The notes beneath the pieces were generated by a model that had not been told where the DNA came from, ran no database searches, and worked only from the letters and a program-made list of their open reading frames with translations. From positions 1 through 41,907 of the IMG/VR virus record IMGVR_UViG_3300036792_000278: a DNA stretch of 41,907 bases; one strand, written 5' to 3'. A program made the translations under genes and the position numbers. The first letter of the stretch is position 1. Every line of letters begins with the position of its first letter. The stretch is from a virus. Taxonomy: Duplodnaviria; Caudoviricetes. Positions 7,661-16,885 of the stretch are shown here, in pieces.

Positions 7661-8257
7661 ATGCCCCCAACCGAGCTACCCCTTGGCTGGCCGTCGATCC
7701 TCCGCGCGCTGATCGCCGGGCCCGGCCTCTGGGCGACACCGGCGGAACTGGTCGATCGCGTGGGCCTGGACCGTCGGTACAAGCGCCGCAAGGCCCTGGC
7801 GACCGCCGTGGAGCGTTGCACGGCCATGCTCGAGGCGGGCTGGCTCGAAGGTGAGGCAACAGGGAGAGACGCGGTTGTCACGCTCAGCGAAAAAGCGGCC
7901 GAACGGCTCGGCGTGCGAATCGCCGATGGCGAGCCCCGATGGGAAGGGTTCGACCTCCGCAAGCTCCCGCGCGTCCGGTACTACAGCTTCAGCCCCGATC
8001 AGCTCAGCGTGTTCTTCGAGATCCCTGACACTGGCCTCGATCCATCCGACGAAGCCGCCGCGGCCGAGGAATTCGCGCTCCGGACCGCGACCGACGTCGG
8101 GCCGCATTCGCTTCAAGTCGGGCACCATTGGATTTGGCTCTGGCGTCGTGCTGCCTGTGACGTCGGCTGTCGCAACGTACCGCTACGACCCGGAGAGCAC
8201 TGTCTCACGTGCGGACGGCCCCACTACGAGGTCCCAGATGACGCGCGGTCAGCGTGA
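7661..8257 (+). CDS. Winged-helix protein with C-terminal Zn finger, possible late regulator
   Basis: wHTH-like N-terminus (AGWLE..VVTLSEKAA); CDVGC...HCLTCG. Confidence 0.55.
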   Translation: MPPTELPLGWPSILRALIAGPGLWATPAELVDRVGLDRRYKRRKALATAVERCTAMLEAGWLEGEATGRDAVVTLSEKAAERLGVRIADGEPRWEGFDLRKLPRVRYYSFSPDQLSVFFEIPDTGLDPSDEAAAAEEFALRTATDVGPHSLQVGHHWIWLWRRAACDVGCRNVPLRPGEHCLTCGRPHYEVPDDARSA

Positions 8258-8492
8258 ACGCAGCGAGCGCGATTTCGTGATCGCCCTGGCCGCGAAGAAC
8301 GGCCTCAGTGAGCGGCTGCTCGCGCGCGTCTTCGGCCTACCGAGATCTAGAGTCCACACGATCGTCGCTGAGGTCAAAGCCGCGTGGGATGAGCTGCGGG
8401 CCCACGAGGCACACAGCCGGCCGACCTATCGCGAGGTGTTTCGCGTGCGGAGCGACGGCCGGAAAAGAGAGCGGTCTAAGGCCGATTGGTAG
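8238..8492 (+). CDS. Small HTH protein
   Basis: NGLSERLLARVFGLPRSRVHTIV. Confidence 0.6.
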   Translation: MTRGQRERSERDFVIALAAKNGLSERLLARVFGLPRSRVHTIVAEVKAAWDELRAHEAHSRPTYREVFRVRSDGRKRERSKADW

Positions 8493-8506
8493 GGGGACCT
8501 TCGACG

Positions 8507-9319
8507 ATGGGCAAGTGGCCGCCGGGCACTGTGATCACGTGGGAGATCGACGCGCTTACCGTGGGTCTCCTCGACCTGCCGTACATTTACGGCCCGATCG
8601 CCCGAGGCATCGAGTCGTGGTCTGACGTGTGCGATATCGAGTTTGCTCCGGCCCAGCCGGGAGCGATCCCTTGTTTGGTCGTTCGGTTCATCGGCGACCT
8701 CATCACTGATCTGACCGCCGATTCCGACCCGACGAATCGGGCCGCATGGGTTGCCGGAACCGAACTCGGTTTGACCGATGAGCCCGTCCAGGCCCTTCCG
8801 GCGACGACTCTCATCATGCGGCTGAATCCCAACCCCTCTGGCGGATGGACGCCGCTCAAGCTCGAGCAGGTCGCCCGCCACGAAGCCGGGCACGCCCTCG
8901 GCCTCGACCACGCGCCCGACGGCGTTGTCTCGTGCATGTCCGCTTACTTGAACGAATCCGTGCTCATTCAACAGCCCTGGGAGATCGCACGAGCCCAGGC
9001 GCTTTACGGGCCGCCCGCGTTGCCGCCGGCACAAGCGGCCGTCCTCACCTCCGATCCCTCAACTGGAGTCCACTCCGTGGGTGCTCTTCTCACGCTTCTG
9101 ACCGGATCCGTTGCGCCGTTCGTCGCCGCCCAGGTGCTCAGGCTGATCGAAGCCGAGCTCAAGGCCGGCTCGCCGCTCGATGTGGCGATCCGGGCCGTGC
9201 TCGCCCAGCTCACTGCGAAGATTGCCGACCCGCAGACTCGCGCCAAGGCGGAGCAGCTCCTCACGGCGCTCCTCACTGTCGTCGAGGCGACGGCGGCGGG
9301 CGCTCTGCCGGCCGCGTGA
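8507..9319 (+). CDS. Matrixin (M10 metzincin) metalloprotease in the lysis-gene position
   Basis: HEAGHALGLDH zinc motif (8879-8911), Met-turn SCMSAY, ARGIESWSDVCDIEF helix; no signal peptide. Confidence 0.85.
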   Translation: MGKWPPGTVITWEIDALTVGLLDLPYIYGPIARGIESWSDVCDIEFAPAQPGAIPCLVVRFIGDLITDLTADSDPTNRAAWVAGTELGLTDEPVQALPATTLIMRLNPNPSGGWTPLKLEQVARHEAGHALGLDHAPDGVVSCMSAYLNESVLIQQPWEIARAQALYGPPALPPAQAAVLTSDPSTGVHSVGALLTLLTGSVAPFVAAQVLRLIEAELKAGSPLDVAIRAVLAQLTAKIADPQTRAKAEQLLTALLTVVEATAAGALPAA

Positions 9320-9405
9320 TGCGCCGCGTCCTTTGGCTCGTGCTGACGGACCCTTGCGTTCACTTCGTCGTGCTCGCCGCGATCCTCTACCTGCTCTGCC
9401 GCTGA
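9319..9405 (+). CDS. 28-aa hydrophobic membrane peptide
   Basis: TGATG coupling to the matrixin; MRRVLWLVLTDPCVHFVVLAAILYLLCR. Confidence 0.45.
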   Translation: MRRVLWLVLTDPCVHFVVLAAILYLLCR

Positions 9406-9415
9406 GGGCCTGGCC

Positions 9416-9481
9416 GTGAACGAAATGCTCGTCTGGATCCTGGTCATTGCCGTGTTCTTCATCCTCATCAACAACGATTGA
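9416..9481 (+). CDS. 21-aa hydrophobic membrane peptide
   Basis: GTG start, MLVWILVIAVFFILINND, GAGG upstream. Confidence 0.4.
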   Translation: MNEMLVWILVIAVFFILINND

Positions 9482-9483
9482 TC

Positions 9484-9780
9484 ATGGATCACACCACCCA
9501 TCAGACCCGACTGTTTGCGGGCAACGCCGCCGGCGCGGGCTGGTGGCTGTTCGACGCGCTGTATCGCTACGGGCCGTCCTGGCAGCTCGTGCCCCCGATC
9601 CTCATCGCTCTCGCCAGCGTGATGGGGGCCGTGCGCAGCTATCAGGACGGGGCGCAGGCGCGACGGCATGCGGAGGAGAAACACCAGGAGGAGATCGAGC
9701 AGTATCGGCAACGGCTCGAGCAGGTCCGCAAGCGGATGCGATACGACCCTTTGCAGGACGGGCTTGAGGGCAGGACCTGA
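9484..9780 (+). CDS. Putative holin
   Basis: One clear and one weak hydrophobic segment followed by a highly charged coiled-coil tail. Confidence 0.55.
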   Translation: MDHTTHQTRLFAGNAAGAGWWLFDALYRYGPSWQLVPPILIALASVMGAVRSYQDGAQARRHAEEKHQEEIEQYRQRLEQVRKRMRYDPLQDGLEGRT

Positions 9781-10019
9781 TGCAAAAGCCCAAGCGGCTC
9801 TTTCCCAACGATCTTCGCTTCTCCCGGAGATCGGCCGATCGCTTCGTGACGAAGGCACGGACCCGCGAGTTCGTGGACATTGACCCGACGAGCGGCAAGC
9901 CCGTCGTCCGTCGCAAAGTGCATCGGCCATCCGTCGCCGAATGCTTGGCAGTGCTGGTGCCACGGATCCAAGACTCCCACGATCTGGAAATGGAACGTCG
10001 CGGCCATGAAACCCGATGA
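9780..10019 (+). CDS. Basic hypothetical protein
   Basis: 79 aa, coupled start/stop. Confidence 0.5.
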   Translation: MQKPKRLFPNDLRFSRRSADRFVTKARTREFVDIDPTSGKPVVRRKVHRPSVAECLAVLVPRIQDSHDLEMERRGHETR

Positions 10020-10482
10020 TCGTCTCGCCGTCGTCCTCGCGCTGATTGACACCGGTGGCGAGATCACCCCCGAGATCAAGCAGGAACTGGACACGGTCGA
10101 CCTGACCGGCTGGTCCAAGGCTGATGAAATCGTGGACCTGATCCGCGAATCGGAAGCCGACCACGCGAAGCTCAAGGGTGAGGCCGACGTCGCCACGGCG
10201 CGGGCTCGCTCCGCGGCCAGGAGGATCGACGCGCTCAAAGCCTACCTGCTCGACAGGATGATCGGGGGCGGCCTGGATCACCTCCAAGGGCCGCGATTCA
10301 GCGCGCGCGTGATGCCCAGCCCCTTGTCCCTGCGCTGGGCCGGTGTCGGCCAGATCCCCCCGGAGTACCAGCGGGTGAAGGTGGAGCTGGACTCGGCCAA
10401 GGCCAAGCTGGCTTACCAGCTCGGCACCTTGCATCCCGACTTCGAGGCGAGCATTGGACGGCACCTCCGAATCGACGGGTGA
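10006..10482 (+). CDS. Siphovirus Gp157-family protein
   Basis: GEITPE...KADEIV..I...EA....LKAYLLDRM...IPPEYQRVKVELD...HLRI. Confidence 0.75.
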   Translation: MKPDDRLAVVLALIDTGGEITPEIKQELDTVDLTGWSKADEIVDLIRESEADHAKLKGEADVATARARSAARRIDALKAYLLDRMIGGGLDHLQGPRFSARVMPSPLSLRWAGVGQIPPEYQRVKVELDSAKAKLAYQLGTLHPDFEASIGRHLRIDG

Positions 10483-10870
10483 CCAGCTCCCCGATCGCCG
10501 CGCGGCACACCTCGAGCGCTTCCAGTTCAAGCCGGGCCAGAGCGGCAACCCGGGCGGCCGTCCCAAGGGCCGCACGCTGATGGGCGTGCTTCGCGAGCTG
10601 CTCGAGCAAGAGGAGCTGAGCGGCCAGGCGTGCCCCCCGGGGAAGCAAGTGATCGACCTCGTGGGAGAAGCCTTCCTCTGGGAGTGCCTCCGCCGCGGCA
10701 ATGCCACGCTCCTGAAGGAGCTGCTCGACAGGACCGACGGTAAGGTCCTGGCCAAGCTCGAGGTCGAAGGCGAGCTGACGATCAAGGTCGAGTATGCCGA
10801 CGATTTCGCTGAAGCTCCCCCGGCCACATCCGGGGCAACAGGCGATCCTGAGGGGAGCGAAGCGGTTTAA
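10454..10870 (+). CDS. terS: Terminase small subunit (DUF5681-type)
   Basis: FKPGQSGNPGGRPKG and ELLDRTDGK; immediately upstream of TerL. Confidence 0.8.
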   Translation: MDGTSESTGDQLPDRRAAHLERFQFKPGQSGNPGGRPKGRTLMGVLRELLEQEELSGQACPPGKQVIDLVGEAFLWECLRRGNATLLKELLDRTDGKVLAKLEVEGELTIKVEYADDFAEAPPATSGATGDPEGSEAV

Positions 10871-12032
10871 CGTCGTCCCGTGCGGCCGGCGATGGGGGAA
10901 GACGGTTCTCGGCATCGACCGCTGTATCAAGCCCATGCTCGACGGGCTTCCGGTCGCATGGTTCGCGCCCACGTACAAGTATCTCTCGCAAGCCTGGCGC
11001 GACTTCATTCGGCTCCTGACACCCCGTCACGGCCAACCGAAGCTGATCCGGTACAAGAACCGGTCCGAGTATCGGATCGAGCTGATTACCGGCGGCTCGA
11101 TCGAGTTCTGGTCACTGCAAGATCCCGACGCAGGCCGCTCGCGAAAGTATCAACGAGTCGTGGTCGATGAGGCCGCGAAGGCGCGGCACCTCGAGGTGGC
11201 CTGGACCGAGGCGATCCGGCCGACTCTGACGGACCTGAAGGGGGACGCGTGGTTCCTCAGCACGCCCAAGGGCCGCAACTACTTTTGGAAGCTGTTCACC
11301 CAGGGGCTCAATCCCGATGATCGCGATTGGGCCTCGTTTCGCACCGGTGCGTTGACGGGCATCCCGACAGTCACCAATCCCCACATCGACCCCGAAGAGG
11401 TCGATGCGGCCCGCCGGCAGCTCCCGGAGCGTGTCTACCAGCAAGAGTATCTCGCGACCTTCCTGGAGGAAGCGGCCGGTGTCTTCCGCGGCGTGGCGGC
11501 GTGTGTGGACAAGGGCCGGACAGCGTTCGATCCGCCGAAGCCCGATTGGAACTATTGCCACGGCCTGGACCTCGCCCGCAAGGAGGACTTCACCGTGCTC
11601 CCCACGCTCGATCCTTCCGGCCGGCAAGCGGCGTTCGATCGGTTCAACGAGATTAGCTGGGAGCGGCAGATCGCGGCGGTGAAGGGCCGCGACGGAGCCT
11701 ACCACGGGGATTGGTGGATCGACTCCACGGGAATCGGCGACCCCATCTTCGAGCGGCTGCTCAACGAGGACCTGGCCGTATCCGGGTACCAGTTCACCAA
11801 CGCGAGCAAGAACCGGCTGATCGACAACCTGGCGATGGGGATCGAGCGCGGGAAGCTCCGGCTGATGGATTTGGAAGTCCAGACGAACGAGCTGCTCAGC
11901 TTCGAGTATGAGATGACGCCCTCGCGAAACATCCGCATGAGCGCTCCCCCGGGCATGAATGACGACTGCGTGATCGGCCTGGCCCTGGCCTATTGGGGTC
12001 TCACGAACACACCTTGGGTCGAGGTCCTATGA
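10794..12032 (+). CDS. terL: Terminase large subunit
   Basis: Walker A CGRRWGKT, Walker B VVVDEAA, STPKGRN, nuclease GLDLA and DDCVIGLALA. Confidence 0.95.
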   Translation: MPTISLKLPRPHPGQQAILRGAKRFNVVPCGRRWGKTVLGIDRCIKPMLDGLPVAWFAPTYKYLSQAWRDFIRLLTPRHGQPKLIRYKNRSEYRIELITGGSIEFWSLQDPDAGRSRKYQRVVVDEAAKARHLEVAWTEAIRPTLTDLKGDAWFLSTPKGRNYFWKLFTQGLNPDDRDWASFRTGALTGIPTVTNPHIDPEEVDAARRQLPERVYQQEYLATFLEEAAGVFRGVAACVDKGRTAFDPPKPDWNYCHGLDLARKEDFTVLPTLDPSGRQAAFDRFNEISWERQIAAVKGRDGAYHGDWWIDSTGIGDPIFERLLNEDLAVSGYQFTNASKNRLIDNLAMGIERGKLRLMDLEVQTNELLSFEYEMTPSRNIRMSAPPGMNDDCVIGLALAYWGLTNTPWVEVL

Positions 12033-12794
12033 GCGCGGAGTTTCGGGTTCTCGATCTCTTCAGCGGGATCGGCGGATTCTCGCTCGGACTCGAGCGCGCG
12101 GGCATGAAGACCGTGGCTTTCTGTGAGTGCGACGGCTACGCGCGGCGCGTGCTCCGTAAGCACTGGCCGGCTGCCTGGATTTACGATGATGTGCAGACGT
12201 TGACGCATAAACGACTGAAGGCTGATGGAGTGTTCCCCAATGTCATTTGCGGTGGCTTCCCGTGCCAAGACATCAGCTTCGCTGGAAAACACAAGGGGAT
12301 CGAGGGTGAACGCTCAGGACTCTGGCGGGAGTTCAGCCGTCTTATTCGCGAGATTCGTCCGCGCTTCACGATCATGGAGAACGTTGCTGAGAACGCGATC
12401 GAGGGGACTCGATCGCGTTCTCAGCGACCTGGCCGCGCTCGGGTATGACGCGGAGTGGCATTGCATTCCGGCTTCCTCCGTTGGCGCGCCGCATATCCGC
12501 GATCGGGCCTGGATACTGGCCTACCCCACGGGCCTTGGACGGAAGCTGTCGGGCCCAGTGGTTCGGCAAGGGCAGTTACAGCAAGACCTCACTGACACTG
12601 CTCGGGAAGGCGATCGGGTGCAAGGAAAGAGGGCAAAAGGTCGACCAGCCTGGGAACGTGAACCCCGAATTCAGCGAGTGGTTGATGGGATTCCCTTCCA
12701 GATGGACCGACTTAGGTGTCTCGGAAACGCCGTCGTCCCGCTGATTCCTGAATTGATCGGACGAAGCATCATGAGCTTCGAAGGGGTAGCCTGA
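12029..12794 (+). pseudogene. dcm: C5 cytosine DNA methyltransferase alpha chain, frameshifted at ~12389-12395
   Basis: Motifs I (DLFSGIGG), IV (GFPCQ) and VI (ENV) in one frame; VIII (HIRDR) and X (LGNAVVP) in the +1 frame. Confidence 0.75.
12445..12744 (+). CDS. Overlapping-frame methyltransferase beta polypeptide (C-terminal part, motif IX)
   Basis: WPRSGMTRSG...WPTP...NPEFSEWLMGFPSRWTD nested inside the alpha gene, which itself lacks motif IX. Confidence 0.6.
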   Translation: MTRSGIAFRLPPLARRISAIGPGYWPTPRALDGSCRAQWFGKGSYSKTSLTLLGKAIGCKERGQKVDQPGNVNPEFSEWLMGFPSRWTDLGVSETPSSR

Positions 12795-14095
12795 TGGCCT
12801 TTCGTCCCTTCTCCGCTGTCAAGTTCGCCGTTGCGACCATCGCCCGCTCGATGGGTTCGGTCTGGACGCGCATGGGCGGCCAGGGCCTCGGTTCCCGGCT
12901 CCGTTACCTCGTTCCCGGCTCTCGCGTCGACTACGAGCGGGAGGCCGGCAACCTCTGGCAAAACAGCATTGTCGCGATCGCGCTCAAGTGGCTCGGCGAC
13001 AATTACCCCAAGCCGATCATGCGCGTCTCGGCGATCGGTCGCGACGGCCGCTACCGGCCCCTTCCGCGGCACAAGGTCTGCGACCTGATGAAGCGGCCCA
13101 ACCCGTTTTACACGGGCCGTGTACTGAGTAAGGCCATCGCGCTTTCGCTCGTCACGGACGGCAACGCGTTCGTGGTCAAGATCCGCAACGCGATCGGCCA
13201 GCCCGTGCAGCTCTGGTGGGTACCGCACTGGTGGATTCAGCCGGTCTGGGATTCCTACGAGGGAGCGCCGTACATTCGGGCCTATCAGTTCCTCCGTGAC
13301 TATGAGATTTACGAGATCCCATATCACGACGTGATCCACATCCGCGATGGCCTGGACCCGTGGAACGACCGGCTTGGTTTGGCCGCGCTGAAGAGCCAGG
13401 TCCGCGAAGTCGTCGCCGACAACGAGCAGGCCGGCTATACGGTTTCGATCCTGCGCAATATGGGAGTTCCGGGCTTGGTCGCGATCCCCAAGAACGGCGC
13501 GCGGATGACGAGCGAGCAGGCCAACCGGCTGAAGGAACGGATCCGCGATAACCTCACTGGCGACAGCCGCGGCGAGACGATGGTCCAGTTGACCGGCGAC
13601 GTCGAAATTGTGCAGCTCGGCCACTCTCCCGAAGAGATGCGACTCGACAAGCTACCGGCCCGAAGCGAGGCCCGAATCTGTGCCGCGATCGGCGTCTCAC
13701 CGATGGTTTTGGGAATGCCCGATCCGAATAAGACCTACTCGAATTACAAGGAAGCCAACACGGCCGCGTGGCGGCACTGCATCGTGCCCATGCAGGACCT
13801 GGTGGCCGAGGCCCTCACTTACGGCCTGCTCAACGAGTTCGACGATCCGGAGCGGAACATCGTCGAATACGATTACACGCACGTGGAAGCGCTGCAAGAG
13901 GACCTGGGCGAGAAGCATGACAGGGTGAGGAAGGATTTCGCCGGCAACCTGATTACCCAGAACGAAGGGCGCGACGAGCTGGGTTACGAGCCTCTCCCGG
14001 ACGGCGATCGGCTCTGGTACGAAATCACCGCCGTCAACAAGCCCGACACAGATCCGGTCGAGGATGACACCCAGGATCTCCCGGCCGCGGCCTGA
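12794..14095 (+). CDS. Portal protein (HK97-like)
   Basis: RPNPFYTG, DGNAF, DVIHIR, ICAAIGVSP, TYSNY, ITQNEGRDELGYEPLPDGD. Confidence 0.95.
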   Translation: MAFRPFSAVKFAVATIARSMGSVWTRMGGQGLGSRLRYLVPGSRVDYEREAGNLWQNSIVAIALKWLGDNYPKPIMRVSAIGRDGRYRPLPRHKVCDLMKRPNPFYTGRVLSKAIALSLVTDGNAFVVKIRNAIGQPVQLWWVPHWWIQPVWDSYEGAPYIRAYQFLRDYEIYEIPYHDVIHIRDGLDPWNDRLGLAALKSQVREVVADNEQAGYTVSILRNMGVPGLVAIPKNGARMTSEQANRLKERIRDNLTGDSRGETMVQLTGDVEIVQLGHSPEEMRLDKLPARSEARICAAIGVSPMVLGMPDPNKTYSNYKEANTAAWRHCIVPMQDLVAEALTYGLLNEFDDPERNIVEYDYTHVEALQEDLGEKHDRVRKDFAGNLITQNEGRDELGYEPLPDGDRLWYEITAVNKPDTDPVEDDTQDLPAAA

Positions 14096-14097
14096 CC

Positions 14098-16323
14098 GTG
14101 GCTGAGAAAGCCGAAGCCAACACCTACGGCCTGCCGCGCGGCGAGCCCATCCGCCGCGCGCTGGTCCGGCACTTCCGCGCGCAGCGGAAGTGGGCCTTAT
14201 CACAGATCGCATCCTGGACATCACAGAAAGATCTGCAAGACGATATCCCCGCCGCGTTCCCGCCCTTCCCGCAGACCCTAGGCGCGCTCGAGCTGGCGGA
14301 CCAGATGACCCCGCTCGTCTCGGTCTACTGGGACCAATCGGGCCAGCAGCTCAATTCGCGGCTCGGCATCGACCCCGACGCCTGGCGGGTCACGAACCCC
14401 CACACCGAGAGCATGATCCGCCGGGCGTCGTTCGACTTTTCGGCATCCACCAACGCCACGACGGCTCAATCACTGGATAAGGCCCTCGATAAGCTCAGGG
14501 AGGAGCTGATAGCAGGGGTGGTGAAATCGGGCGAGTCGGTCGAGGCATTAACCGACCGTGTCAATTCCATCTTCACCAAGGCAGAAGAGTGGCGGGCCAG
14601 GCGGATCGCACAGACCGAGGCATCGCGAGCCGTCCACGCGGCCCAGGACGAAGCAGGACGGCAGTCGGGCGTCGTTGCAGGGTGGGAGTGGCTTCTCTCG
14701 GGTGACGCGTGCCCGATGTGCCAGACGGTCGCACGGCGGGCCAGGAGCGTGCGCCTGGGCCAGCCGTTCGCGGAGATCGGTGACAACCCGACCTACAGGC
14801 ACGTAAGACACCCACCGCTTCACCCCCATTGCAACTGCACGATGCTCGAGGTCCTCACGACCGAGGCCGGCGATACCGACTGGGCCCAGACGCTCGTTGA
14901 CCCCAAACCGGAAGAGCAGGACAAGCCCGATTACGAGCCGGAGCCGGGCAAAGAGCCGCCGGTACCAAAGCCCTCGATCCCCTTCCTCGAAAAGCCGCCC
15001 GTCGTTGCCAAGCCGGCCCCAACGCCAAAACCTGCGCCGGTACCGCAGCAAGCGTTGCCTGAACCGGAGCCCCAACCGACGGTCGAATCACGACTGGAGG
15101 AAGCAGCTCGCTACGCGGCGGAGTTCAAGGTCTCCGCGCTAACCGACGGCAACGACATCATCACGAAGCTGATGGGTCAGAACGAGGCCAAGACGATCCC
15201 GGCCGCGTTCGTCCACAGCAAGGCCGCATCGTTCATCGCGCTGAATCAGAACCATCCGTATTGGGCCGATCCCAAGAGCTGGATGGCCAAACAGCGGGCC
15301 ATTGGCCAGTTCAGCACGGACGCGGAAAATCACCCGATCCTCCACGAAGTGGGCCACGCGATGCACCTGCGAAACGTCGGTCGAGAGCAATACCGGAAGC
15401 TCGACGCGATCATCTTCACTGCCGACGAGAAGAGCGCGATCGCGAAAGAGGTGAGTCGTTACGCGGCGACGAACGCCCGCGAGCTGGTCGCCGAGGTCTA
15501 TGCTGGCCACGTCACGGGCAAGACCTACAGTCCCCAGCTCACAAGCCTCTACAAAGCGATGGGCGGCCCAGAGGTCGCGGCCCCCAAGAAACCGAAGCCG
15601 AAACCGGCCCACACTCCCAAGCCCAAGAAGCCCAAGCCAGCTCCAACGCCGCGCCCGGAGCCGCCGATCGCCGCGGTACCGCCCAGGCCGTCGGACTTCC
15701 GGCCGGCCGCTGGCGAGCACTACAAGCCGTTCGCGAACGACGACGCGGCCTCGGCGTGGGGCGAGCGGTATCGGGAGACGATCCTCGCCTGGACGGACCA
15801 GGAACGGCAGGCCGTCGCGAGCTACGCCAACAACGCGTTCACGCTGATGAATGCGATGGAGCGCGGCGACGTCGACGCGGTCCCCAAGAAGGTCCGGAAG
15901 CAGGTCGCGAAGCTCAACGCCGAGGCCAAGACCGCGCTGGTCCAGGGAAAGACTGACCGGCCCGTGGTCGCGTACCGCGGGGTGGCCAATATCTACAAGA
16001 TGGGCTTCAAGTCCGTGGAGGACTTCCAGGAGGGAGTCGTCATCACGGAGAAGGGCTTCGGCTCGATGTCGCTCTCGCAGAAGACCGGGATCGGCTTCGC
16101 GACGAACGACGACAAAGCCTACGCCCCCGTGGTCTTCGAGATCCGCATGCCCACGGGCTCAACGGGTGTCTTCCTGAACGCGGGCGACCTGGCCGTCCAT
16201 CACACGGAGCTGGAATTCCTCGCTCCCCCCGACACGGAATACCGGGTCGTCGGCCGCGGGAAAAAGGTCACAAACCACTGGGGCAAAGAGGCCGATGTCG
16301 TGATCCTCGAGCGCGTGAGGTAA
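14098..16323 (+). CDS. MuF (SPP1 gp7-like) minor head protein fused to zincin metallopeptidase and ADP-ribosyltransferase domains
   Basis: RARRIAQTE, CPMC, PPLHPHCNC; HEVGH...SRYA..N.RELVAE; YRG / SMS / ELE ART triad. Confidence 0.9.
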   Translation: MAEKAEANTYGLPRGEPIRRALVRHFRAQRKWALSQIASWTSQKDLQDDIPAAFPPFPQTLGALELADQMTPLVSVYWDQSGQQLNSRLGIDPDAWRVTNPHTESMIRRASFDFSASTNATTAQSLDKALDKLREELIAGVVKSGESVEALTDRVNSIFTKAEEWRARRIAQTEASRAVHAAQDEAGRQSGVVAGWEWLLSGDACPMCQTVARRARSVRLGQPFAEIGDNPTYRHVRHPPLHPHCNCTMLEVLTTEAGDTDWAQTLVDPKPEEQDKPDYEPEPGKEPPVPKPSIPFLEKPPVVAKPAPTPKPAPVPQQALPEPEPQPTVESRLEEAARYAAEFKVSALTDGNDIITKLMGQNEAKTIPAAFVHSKAASFIALNQNHPYWADPKSWMAKQRAIGQFSTDAENHPILHEVGHAMHLRNVGREQYRKLDAIIFTADEKSAIAKEVSRYAATNARELVAEVYAGHVTGKTYSPQLTSLYKAMGGPEVAAPKKPKPKPAHTPKPKKPKPAPTPRPEPPIAAVPPRPSDFRPAAGEHYKPFANDDAASAWGERYRETILAWTDQERQAVASYANNAFTLMNAMERGDVDAVPKKVRKQVAKLNAEAKTALVQGKTDRPVVAYRGVANIYKMGFKSVEDFQEGVVITEKGFGSMSLSQKTGIGFATNDDKAYAPVVFEIRMPTGSTGVFLNAGDLAVHHTELEFLAPPDTEYRVVGRGKKVTNHWGKEADVVILERVR

Positions 16324-16332
16324 ACTGGAGTC

Positions 16333-16602
16333 ATGGCCAAGTCCAGCGACAAGTTCGACGCCTCCGGATCGGCCGTCTCGCAATGCGCCTATTGCGGCCG
16401 ACTGCTTGACTCCGGCGGTTTTCCTCTGGCTTGCACTGCATTCCCCGCGGGGATTTCCGACGCGATCCTGCGCAACGAGGTGGACCATCGCCAGCCGGTC
16501 GACGGGGACCAGGGCCAGCAATTCCAGCTCCGCAAGGGCCTGGCTCCCGGGGCCGGGGCGATCATCGCCAGGACGCTCGACAAGATCGGGGGCAAGCCGT
16601 GA
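16333..16602 (+). CDS. Cys-rich small protein, candidate toxin immunity/partner (paralog 1)
   Basis: CAYC...CTAFPAGISDAIL.NEVDHRQPVDGDQGQQF. Confidence 0.7.
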   Translation: MAKSSDKFDASGSAVSQCAYCGRLLDSGGFPLACTAFPAGISDAILRNEVDHRQPVDGDQGQQFQLRKGLAPGAGAIIARTLDKIGGKP

Positions 16603-16817
16603 CGATTTTCCCCCAGTGCCTCGACTGCCGGCACCTCCACCGAGGCACACCCCGGGAGCTGCCTGTCACCTGTGACGCGTTCCGCGAAGCCGTCCCCGAC
16701 GCGATCCTTCAGGGCCATCACGACCACACCCAGCCCTTCGAGGGGGACGGTGGAATCCGCTTTGAGCCGGTAGAGGCCCTCGCCCCCAAGCACCTTCGCG
16801 CGGATCTCCCGCACTAA
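16599..16817 (+). CDS. Cys-rich small protein, candidate toxin immunity/partner (paralog 2)
   Basis: GTGA coupling; CLDC...CDAFREAVPDAIL.GHHDHTQPFEGDGGIRF. Confidence 0.7.
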   Translation: MTIFPQCLDCRHLHRGTPRELPVTCDAFREAVPDAILQGHHDHTQPFEGDGGIRFEPVEALAPKHLRADLPH

Positions 16818-16885
16818 AAAGAGAGCGGTCGATTCCCACACAGATAGCGGCCCAGCTTCGGGCCACCCGTCTGTGAGGGCGACCG

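Noticed and set aside
9004-10827. 607-aa minus-strand ORF
   Set aside because: Antisense shadow of several well-supported plus-strand genes in high-GC DNA
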